This document shows positions 17,501-24,823 of a DNA stretch of 32,000 nucleotides, piece after piece (the first letter of the stretch is position 1; every line of letters begins with the position of its first letter). The position numbers and the translations under genes are program-made. Under the pieces are notes generated by a model. It was not told where the DNA came from. It searched no databases and saw only the letters and a program-made list of their open reading frames with translations. The stretch lies in the NCBI GenBank assembly GCA_025839675.1, contig CP104013.1:5940001-5972000 (forward strand). The letters run 5' to 3'. The DNA comes from Candidatus Lokiarchaeum ossiferum (GTDB taxonomy: Archaea > Asgardarchaeota > Lokiarchaeia > Sigyniarchaeales > Promethearchaeaceae).

Positions 17501-18422
17501 ATGTGTTTGATGAATATAATTGAATTGTTAAATTTCCGTCATAACTTGCATCAGTTGTATTGAATGATCGGATCCATGCATAAAATCCATAAATTGTTGC
17601 TTCACCTTTGGTGTCAAACTCTAAAGCAACGCTTTTTCCATCATAGATCTGAGTTTCTTGTGCTTTTACTGCTGTAATTGATAAACTAGAGATAGATACT
17701 TCAAAATCAGTTCCAGCTGTGAAGTCAAATGAAAATTCAGACTCATCACTAGAATTCAAATAAAGTAGATTTTCATTTCTAACATAGATTTTTACAACTT
17801 GTGCAGAAATTGCATCAGAAGAATAGGTTTCTAATACTTCATAAGATGATGAATAACTATTTTTCATTAAAATAGATAAGTCAAAATCTACATCACAGGT
17901 CAAAATCATTTCAATTTGAAATCCCAAGATATTTTCTTCGAAGACATTATCACCAAAATCTGCTGTAGTATTCAAGACAAGATTATTTGATGCACTCGCT
18001 TCATCAGTGAATCCGCTGGGTGCGTTTGTTGCAGTAAAGGTGTCAAATGGATATTCTAAGGGTGTATCATCTTCAAGAGTATAATTAGTATTGTAATTTT
18101 TACTCATTGTAAAATTATATTGGCCTTCATTTAAGTAATTACCAGCATTATCGCTTGAAATATTAAAATTATTAATTCCGGTGGTTGAGGATGAATTGTC
18201 CATAAATAGTCGAACACTTCTATTATTCCCTGCTCCAGTGATTGATTGTTCATAATCTAAGTTTGCTGAAGGAGGAGAATTTAATGTAGTTGTGTTTGAA
18301 CTTTCGTTAAATAATGAGGATGGTTGATTAGCTCCTTGAAACATTACTGATATTAAAAATAATGAAGCTAAAAACAACGAAACTGCATTCCGTTTTACCG
18401 AATTTCTGTGTATCATGTTCAT
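14511..18422 (-). CDS. giant cell-surface (S-layer-like) glycoprotein candidate with signal peptide, C-terminal TM anchor and charged cytoplasmic tail
   Basis: 1303 aa. The N-terminus 'HRNSVKRNAVSLFLASLFLISVMFQGA' looks like a signal peptide. The ectodomain is beta-rich and Asn/Thr/Ser/Asp-rich, with about 34 N-x-S/T sequons by hand count. The C-terminus has the TM helix 'VLITATVIAFIAGTALFWIYGVIYI' and then a 60-aa Lys/Glu-rich tail ending 'DDLLDEE'. Confidence 0.7.
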   Translation of the reverse strand: MNMIHRNSVKRNAVSLFLASLFLISVMFQGANQPSSLFNESSNTTTLNSPPSANLDYEQSITGAGNNRSVRLFMDNSSSTTGINNFNISSDNAGNYLNEGQYNFTMSKNYNTNYTLEDDTPLEYPFDTFTATNAPSGFTDEASASNNLVLNTTADFGDNVFEENILGFQIEMILTCDVDFDLSILMKNSYSSSYEVLETYSSDAISAQVVKIYVRNENLLYLNSSDESEFSFDFTAGTDFEVSISSLSITAVKAQETQIYDGKSVALEFDTKGEATIYGFYAWIRSFNTTDASYDGNLTIQLYSSNTSSHPKRSEIILSEDLLIEPNLLLMEHTFENYTLDKPNWFSFEDDLLGENVSVGNYFIVISSNATKDLTRGYSVVTIPVSSIVGKNDVVDHLLLQETTVWEQIQNTDAALFAINLTRAYFPEEIELKIENDPITSTYTFDENIMYDSFDDAAPYDNYAAYWWGCGTIDHVYDAPIATDGNKMQVNLTWNPEIYSGDIYFTVSYDVQKYFDDEATTEYNLTLDEAPAWNVNYNYTSTNDRFVNWSLMEAWYFIPLDWSVSDFVVNSTTTSYLENITYPSTIDEQQVVKVQELFISASGIYELQATSNNYIQNCGVNLDYEGNLWPTNGFMIGDNVSITVGILDSEDKYLSDGIVTASLFNTTGELDSSYILTDNSIDENTTYSRYLFESDNAILSNATVEGEYNIIVNWTNGEEAGILRRPFYVNHYAVPNPIEISYQSDISANQITAGIDTFDTDIPNNEYNIFMYAVRENGGENQIDEETNVQMLYNVYMTNYLQNETFFNAGEDVNIIIDLENRHTSLNLNVDVKVQLVYQNNAEMVIVEKSIPKSLAIYGASSGLDKQKYNFTLSIPTVQEGGVNCPIRNSPMKMNIIATIDGDEIYSGMQDNVIYYSALNETSFDGEILDVKEYNARSGPSFIGNMPRTNLNLPETVSYFIQLENGYLMTSDAEICDIATEITKVDGKITDLYITESEFDHSSTVHLVGKALDEYGNRLAGTSLNLFYDNTPSNDTDDWKALTTTADLTTITTNANGEFTAIIDLSQAPIDTNLELKVEFPGNGTHEGMSLTLQESMPEYESILSVSVDSSITMIADTNNVITVRLMNNGNTKLKNITVAIVESEFEETEILLSDTFDLLVLNPYEEASFQIVLNQKSFDENSISLNFTVKCEIEQTGETLEETKDVEFKTYAVNENRVLITATVIAFIAGTALFWIYGVIYIKKKVAEINAPVETISDVKKTKSKRRVGKYVPISELSTKSDKVEKAKEESSTSLDDLLDEE

Positions 18423-18558
18423 ACAAAATTCCCTTTCTCGTAGAATTTTAGTTTAAAAAATTCCAAACAATTTAAAATTATATTGGATCAATACTTTTGA
18501 TTCGACAAAATGAGATGTAAATATTAACTTTGAACGGTGATTATAAACACAACACAGA

Positions 18559-21252
18559 TCAATTCTTTGAAAAACCAAGTAATTGAAGTTCTCTTATTTT
18601 ATTTTTATTGAAAACACCAATTTTTTCTAATTTTTGTGGGGAAGAAGTAAGAAATTCTTCAGGGGTTTTCACACCTCCATCAATAAAATTGCGAAAAACC
18701 CTTGGATCTTCATTTTTGAATATTTCTAACCAAGGAATTAGCTCTTCCTTTATTCCATATTTGATTCGGAAATAGGCACAGTTCAAATCTTTTCTGTTAA
18801 ATTTTGGGTAAAATACTTGCAAATAATCATCAGCAAATTTAATTAATCTCGTTAAAGATTCAATAATTGAATAAAAGTCGCTTATATATATTCTTCGATT
18901 ATTTTCTTGTGAATTAATGTTTAGTAAAATCTCTTCAATTGGAGCTTCATTAATCCAAAGCTGAATTGTTTCTTTGAAATTTGAAAAAATCTTTTTATTT
19001 TGTTTTTTTAAAATTTCTTCAAAAATGGGAAAGATCGTTTGGAAATTTACATCATTTTCATTTTGAAAAACATCGGTGAATTTAATAGCTATTTCGCTAA
19101 CAATTCGCGGAACCAGATAATTTTGTAGTCCGATTTTACCCAATTTAGTACAAGTATAAGTCTTTAGTACATTATCCGTCCCTTGAATGACTCTGAATCG
19201 TAGTAAATCATCGATAATTGTTCCAGAAAATATAGTTTTATTGAAAAATAGTTCAAATTGATTTAAATTTTCCATTATTTGATCTTTATAAGAGTTTTCT
19301 GATAGATGTATGCTTTGTGGGAGTGTTTTTTTTTCATAAACTGAATCTAATATGAATTTAAATGTATATATTGTAGTAGAAACGTAGATACAATATTTTG
19401 ACATAAAATTTCTATGTAAATCTTGTTTTGTTCTCCATCGACTCTTTTTACAAAGATTACAATTGCAAATTATTCCCTTTTTCAGTGAAAAATGAATTTT
19501 AACAGGGCTAATATTTTTTTTCATCTGAGAAATTTGCTTAGAAATATCATTATTTAAGACTAAATGTTTTTCTTTGTTATTACTGAGCATTTTTTCCAAA
19601 TTTGATTCATGTTTTATTGAAATTTCGATTTCTAAATCCAGATAATCCATTGGGATGAATTTTAAAAACTTTATTGAAATATTAAGTTGTTTCAACAAAA
19701 TTATTTGCTGTTTACTCGTTATAGTCTTTAACAAAGCTAAATAATTTAAGGGAGATAGTTGTAAATATGCATCAATTGGAACATTTTTGTCTTCCATCTG
19801 ATACCACATAAGCGAATCTTGAATAAAATCAATAAAATGTTGAATGGTAAAATTTTCCGTTTCAAACGCTTTTAATAATACCATCTCTTGGAGTAAATCA
19901 ATATTCTTCGGAAGTGATGATTTCAATAATTCATATTTGGGGACAAGTTGGTTGTTTTTGGATCTTTGAAAATAAAAATCCTCGATAAAAACGCGTTCTT
20001 CAACATTCTTTGCTAGTATATATACCATTCCTTTTGAATCAAATCCTGGTCTTCCGGCCCGACCACAAATTTGATGAAATAGATTCTTGTTCATAGGTTT
20101 TTTTTCAAATCTTTGTCGATTTGAAGTGCTTTCGTTTAAATTAGAATTAAGAGAATGATATAGTAATATATCTTTAATAATAACTGTTCTCGCGGGGGTG
20201 TTAATTCCAGCGCTAAGTGTGTTTGTGGTGCATAAAATCTTGATTTTTCCTTCCAAGAAATGATTTTCAATAAAAGTCCGTTCATAACTGTTTAATCCAG
20301 CGTGGTGATAAGCAATACCATGGGCGATGATTTGACGAATTTCTGGTGAAATATTCTCCCATTTCGTTTTATTAGGAGAGAATTTGGTTTGAGAAGGGTG
20401 ATTGATCTCCAACATCAGCTTAATTGCTGAGTTTTGTATTAATTCTTCGCACAAATTCATGGTATCTTTACGAGAATTCGTAAAAATTAATATTTGTCCA
20501 TTTTCTTCTAAATTTTTTTGACAGATCAATGCAATTAAATTGAATTTATTATGGGAGTGTCGAATTATATAATTCAACGGGATTGGTCTTATATCCTCAT
20601 ATATTGCTCGTATTTTTCGCTGTCGATACTTAATTTCAAGAAAATTGAACCAATTTACAATTGCTGCTGGATTTGCGATTGTTGCACTTAAATAAATCAA
20701 TTGAGGAGGGAACTTTAATCGATAAATCCTTAATATTAGGTTTTCTAATCTGGGACCTCTCTTCTTCTCACCTAAAATATGAATTTCATCAATAATTATT
20801 GTAGTAATTGTATTTATCCAGTCAAAATGTCCGTTTGATCGAAGGTAGGAATCAAATTTTTCATAAGTCATTATTAGCAAATCCGCAGAATTCAAATCTG
20901 TATAGCTGATATCTTGATCGCCAATGGCCATTTCTATTTTCAAATTCAAGGATTGGTAAATTTGATTAAATGTATGGTATTTCTCTGTAGCTAAAGCTTT
21001 TAAAGGGACTAAATACAAAGCACTTCTGTTAGAAGTTAAAATAGTATTAATTGCTGCGAGTTCACCAATCAATGTTTTTCCACTTCCAGATGGGGTAGAA
21101 ATCAAAAAAGAATAATCGTCAAAAAGACCCTTATTAATAGATTGATATTGAATCTTTCTAAGTGAATGAAGGCCTGAATTATGCAAACATCTTATTGCTT
21201 TACTAGGAAAATTGAAATTTCGCAACACTGTCTCCAGATCACTATTAGCCAT
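18559..21252 (-). CDS. hel308: Ski2-like SF2 DNA helicase, Hel308/Hjm type, with ~190-aa insertion in the winged-helix domain
   Basis: Motif I 'TPSGSGKT', Ia 'LVPLKALATEK', II 'DEIH', III 'LSAT', 'GIAYHHAGL', V 'TNTLSAGINTPA' and VI 'QICGRAGRPG'. The WH signature is 'CTKLGKIGLQNYLVPRIV', and the C-terminus is HhH-like ('KLEKIGVFNKNKIRELQLLG'). Confidence 0.85.
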   Translation of the reverse strand: MANSDLETVLRNFNFPSKAIRCLHNSGLHSLRKIQYQSINKGLFDDYSFLISTPSGSGKTLIGELAAINTILTSNRSALYLVPLKALATEKYHTFNQIYQSLNLKIEMAIGDQDISYTDLNSADLLIMTYEKFDSYLRSNGHFDWINTITTIIIDEIHILGEKKRGPRLENLILRIYRLKFPPQLIYLSATIANPAAIVNWFNFLEIKYRQRKIRAIYEDIRPIPLNYIIRHSHNKFNLIALICQKNLEENGQILIFTNSRKDTMNLCEELIQNSAIKLMLEINHPSQTKFSPNKTKWENISPEIRQIIAHGIAYHHAGLNSYERTFIENHFLEGKIKILCTTNTLSAGINTPARTVIIKDILLYHSLNSNLNESTSNRQRFEKKPMNKNLFHQICGRAGRPGFDSKGMVYILAKNVEERVFIEDFYFQRSKNNQLVPKYELLKSSLPKNIDLLQEMVLLKAFETENFTIQHFIDFIQDSLMWYQMEDKNVPIDAYLQLSPLNYLALLKTITSKQQIILLKQLNISIKFLKFIPMDYLDLEIEISIKHESNLEKMLSNNKEKHLVLNNDISKQISQMKKNISPVKIHFSLKKGIICNCNLCKKSRWRTKQDLHRNFMSKYCIYVSTTIYTFKFILDSVYEKKTLPQSIHLSENSYKDQIMENLNQFELFFNKTIFSGTIIDDLLRFRVIQGTDNVLKTYTCTKLGKIGLQNYLVPRIVSEIAIKFTDVFQNENDVNFQTIFPIFEEILKKQNKKIFSNFKETIQLWINEAPIEEILLNINSQENNRRIYISDFYSIIESLTRLIKFADDYLQVFYPKFNRKDLNCAYFRIKYGIKEELIPWLEIFKNEDPRVFRNFIDGGVKTPEEFLTSSPQKLEKIGVFNKNKIRELQLLGFSKN

Positions 21253-21424
21253 ACAGAACTTTATCCTCCGATTTATAAAAAGACGTTATCATTTTAGCTG
21301 GAATGGTTTCTTTTTCTTATAATTCTTAAATGGATCTATATTTTAATAAATAGCAGTGATCGTTGATTTTTAATAGTTACAGATTAATAATTGATAAAAG
21401 AATTAAGATGGGAAAAAAACCACA
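21253..21424. promoter_or_regulatory. divergent promoter spacer between hel308-like and dna2-like genes
   Basis: A 172-nt AT-rich spacer. 'TTTATAAAAA' at 21272-21281 (TATA-like on both strands) is centred about 25 nt from the helicase ATG. 'GGAGG' on the minus strand lies at 21265-21269. Further A/T-rich TATA-like runs lie upstream of dna2. No transcription start site data are available. Confidence 0.3.
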
Positions 21425-24400
21425 TTGAATACTGAAAATCAAAGGAGTTTTGCGGGAATGTTTGAAAATAATGTTTTAATTTCGCTAAAATCTCCATTAA
21501 TATGTAAATTAATAAAAATCATCAAGTTTAATGTAGAAAATGAATTTTTAACGGTAATCATTGAAGATGATGAAAAATCTCAAATTCTAGCATTCATCTA
21601 TGGTGATTTAGCTCAATTTCTCAATACTCCAGTAATACAGGCATCTTTACTTCCATTATCTATCACAATTTTCAAAGGTCAATTCAAAGAATTAAAAAAA
21701 GGAAATTTATACTTGGAAATTCATCAAGCAATTCTGGATAATCAAACTTATATCAATTCTAACTGGATTGGAACTCACGAATATTGTTCTTTGCAAACTT
21801 ATTTAAAAATACATGTAAATATTAGTAGTGCTCCAAATGAAAACTTGCTTTGGGGTAATTTATTCCACGATTATTTATCAAATATTTTTAGTCAAAAAAA
21901 CTTGGCAAAACTTGTAAAACACCCAACCCCACTTAAATCTGCAGTTAAATCCGCTTTTATTAAAGCAATTTTTCAAAATTGGAGATTATTTGTTGCTTTA
22001 AGAAAGGATTATGGGGCCGCTATCGATGAATTTGAATCTAATTTCTTTGATGATGAAGTTCAGTTCATAATTGAAGAACTAAATAAATATAAACAAGAAT
22101 ATGGAAACTTTGAATTCGTTTGTGAGAAGATGGTATTTTCAAAACATTTTGGTTTGCAAGGAAGAATTGATAGAATTGTTCAAAATATTCCTTTTACTCA
22201 TTTTAAAATTATAGAAACAAAGACGGGTAAAAGCCCTCGCTCTTCACAGGTTATTGCCTATTATCAGAGTATGGCTTATGCGACAATGCTCCAAGAATAT
22301 TTTCCATCCAAACTTGATACAATTTTAATTGAATATCCTCGCTTGGGTCTAGAAGATCGCTTTATTAAATATGATTATGATGAAAGGGAGTTATTAAAAG
22401 TTTTAAAAATTCGGAATGAAATCTGGAATATTTATATGGGTGCATTTCCTCCAAGAAACAATTTACTCCCATGTTCTAAATGTGGATCAAAAGAAATTTG
22501 TACATTTTACGAGTTTAAATTTGCCAAAGAGACAAACCAAGAAATAAATACCGACAATCGATTCAGAACTATATTTGAGAAAAATACTAAAACTCGAACA
22601 CTATTTAAACGGGTGAATGCTTATCATTCTTGGTTTTTTTGGTTGTTAAATCAAGAATTTTTCTTAAATCTTAAGTTAATTAATGAAATTCACTCCAATC
22701 CTGAAATTCGAGAAGCTAAAGGGAATTGTATTGCAAATTTATCTATGAATCTTAACCAAATTGCTGAAAACCCTTCCCGTTTTATCAAAAACCTGAGTTT
22801 TATTAAGGATACCGGCGAATTAATAGAGAATACGAGATTAAGGGTAGGTGATTATGTTATTATAACTCCACAAAATTACATTCCATTAACCTCCGAAAGT
22901 GAGCGTGGGTTGGTATCAGCAATCACAAAAACTCAAGTTTTCATTGAACTTGCAAAATCATTGGAGAAGGGATCGCATTTCTTTTCTTCTTCCAAATATC
23001 GCATTGATTTAACTACTAGCAATTTCATGGTAGATTTGCAAAAAACATTTCTCGATACTCTTATTCGAAATGCTTTTTATCCCAAAGTAACATCAACTTC
23101 TACTTTACTTCATTTATTGCTCTTTACTAAAGATCCCCAATTAAACCAATATAATAAAATAACTCCTTTGAACACTGAAATGTTCCAGAAATTTGATTTT
23201 TCCCAAAAAAAAGCTGTAGAAGTTGCATTGAATAGTCTAAATCTAACTTTAATTCAAGGGCCTCCTGGTACGGGAAAGACAACTGTAATAGTGGAAATTA
23301 TTCATCAATTATTATCTGGGTCACGCCTAAGAAAAAATACAATAAAAAAAAATCATAAGAAAGGAACGTTGGGACATTATATGGAAAAAACGATTGAGAA
23401 AGTTCATTCCATTCGTCCAATTCTTTTAAGTTCATTTACAAACAAAGCTCTGGATAATATTATCTTAAAATTACTTAAAACTCATCCTAAATTGAAAATT
23501 GTACGGTTGGGAAATATCTCATCCATCAAGGATCCCCTTATTTTAAGTCATTCTATTGAAAATATTTGTGCTCGGCAATATAAATTGCCCAATGGCGAAA
23601 ATGAAGATATTATTGACCCGCTCAAGGTTCAATTAATTCTGGAAAAGGCCGATATCGTTGCTTGTACAACAACCGTAGCTGGAAATGTAATTCTTACAAA
23701 TATTGGATTTGAAACTGTAATTTTAGATGAAGCAGGCCAGATAACTGAATCTTCGGCGCTTATTCCATTATTGAAAGCGAATAAATATATATTGGTCGGA
23801 GATCATCAACAACTTCCTCCTATCGCAAAGGAAATTCAACAAGAAATTCCTAAAGAAATCGAAGAATATTCTGATGTTTTGCATTTAGATCTTGAAAAAG
23901 GACTTGGATGTTCAATTTTTGAGCGATTAAGTGTTGAATTCTCAAATTCTCCAAATTTTGTTTTACTCTCCTATCAATATCGGATGAATTCTCAGATCAG
24001 TGAATTTATATCTCAAACTTTTTATCATGGAAACCTTAATACTGGTTCCATCGCATCAAATAATGTCGGATCGCAGACTTTAAATGATTTTTTTGAATCA
24101 TTTTGTATATCTAATTTTAATTTGAAAGGTAAGTTTAGTAAATATTTAGAACCGGAAATCCCAATGATTTTTCTCGATACTAAAGAATTGAATTCTCTTG
24201 ATTCTGGACAATTTGATATCTCTAAAAAATTAGAATCAAAATTCAATAGTTGTGAAGCTGAAATCATTGGAGAAATAATTGGCAGTTTTCTCTTTGAATT
24301 AGTTCAAGAAGGGATCAAAATCCCCACTATAACTGAAATTTTTAAAAAAATCGGAATAATATCCGGTTATCGTGCCCAAAATCAATTAATTCGAGATGAA

Positions 24401-24778
24401 ATCCATAAATTTATTGGTCGAAAATATTCTGGTCTCCTTGAAAATTTATCGTTGAAATCTACGGATTTGTTGAGTATTGGGAATAAAATTGTGGTCGATA
24501 CAGTAGATCGGTTTCAAGGTCAAGAACGTGAAATAATTTTTTATAGTTTCGTTGATTCCAACCCTAAATTGCAAATCCATTCTTTAAATCAAGAAAAACG
24601 ACGATTAAATGTGGCAATTAGTCGATCCAAGAAGAAAATCATCTTTGTGGGCAATTCTCTAACTTTATCCAAATCTGTCCCTTCAGATTGCTCTAAATCC
24701 AAAAATGTAAAAGAAATTCACTCAAATTTAATCTCTTATATCAAAGATTCTCAGGGGTATTTTATTTTAAATAAATAA
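21425..24778 (+). CDS. dna2: Dna2-like nuclease-helicase (Cas4/AddB-type PD-(D/E)xK Fe-S nuclease fused to an SF1B Upf1/Dna2-type helicase)
   Basis: Nuclease half: 'EYCSLQTYLK' (first Cys), 'GRIDRI', 'IIETKTGK', 'QVIAYYQSMAY' and 'CSKCGSKEIC' (CX2CX5C). Helicase half: 'GPPGTGKT', 'ILDEAGQ', 'LVGDHQQLPP', 'YRMNSQI', 'VDRFQGQEREIIFYS' and 'RRLNVAISRSKKK'. The listed start is TTG at 21425. ATG 21458, preceded by 'AAAGGAG', is an alternative start. Confidence 0.85.
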   Translation: MNTENQRSFAGMFENNVLISLKSPLICKLIKIIKFNVENEFLTVIIEDDEKSQILAFIYGDLAQFLNTPVIQASLLPLSITIFKGQFKELKKGNLYLEIHQAILDNQTYINSNWIGTHEYCSLQTYLKIHVNISSAPNENLLWGNLFHDYLSNIFSQKNLAKLVKHPTPLKSAVKSAFIKAIFQNWRLFVALRKDYGAAIDEFESNFFDDEVQFIIEELNKYKQEYGNFEFVCEKMVFSKHFGLQGRIDRIVQNIPFTHFKIIETKTGKSPRSSQVIAYYQSMAYATMLQEYFPSKLDTILIEYPRLGLEDRFIKYDYDERELLKVLKIRNEIWNIYMGAFPPRNNLLPCSKCGSKEICTFYEFKFAKETNQEINTDNRFRTIFEKNTKTRTLFKRVNAYHSWFFWLLNQEFFLNLKLINEIHSNPEIREAKGNCIANLSMNLNQIAENPSRFIKNLSFIKDTGELIENTRLRVGDYVIITPQNYIPLTSESERGLVSAITKTQVFIELAKSLEKGSHFFSSSKYRIDLTTSNFMVDLQKTFLDTLIRNAFYPKVTSTSTLLHLLLFTKDPQLNQYNKITPLNTEMFQKFDFSQKKAVEVALNSLNLTLIQGPPGTGKTTVIVEIIHQLLSGSRLRKNTIKKNHKKGTLGHYMEKTIEKVHSIRPILLSSFTNKALDNIILKLLKTHPKLKIVRLGNISSIKDPLILSHSIENICARQYKLPNGENEDIIDPLKVQLILEKADIVACTTTVAGNVILTNIGFETVILDEAGQITESSALIPLLKANKYILVGDHQQLPPIAKEIQQEIPKEIEEYSDVLHLDLEKGLGCSIFERLSVEFSNSPNFVLLSYQYRMNSQISEFISQTFYHGNLNTGSIASNNVGSQTLNDFFESFCISNFNLKGKFSKYLEPEIPMIFLDTKELNSLDSGQFDISKKLESKFNSCEAEIIGEIIGSFLFELVQEGIKIPTITEIFKKIGIISGYRAQNQLIRDEIHKFIGRKYSGLLENLSLKSTDLLSIGNKIVVDTVDRFQGQEREIIFYSFVDSNPKLQIHSLNQEKRRLNVAISRSKKKIIFVGNSLTLSKSVPSDCSKSKNVKEIHSNLISYIKDSQGYFILNK

Positions 24779-24823
24779 AAGATTAATAAATTTCCTTAAA
24801 AGACACAACAATTTGATCCGATT

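Noticed and set aside
19213-19785. Intein as the explanation for the extra length of the Hel308-like helicase
   Set aside because: The insert is not within a catalytic motif. It lacks the N-terminal Cys/Ser splice residue, the terminal His-Asn plus nucleophile, and homing-endonuclease blocks.
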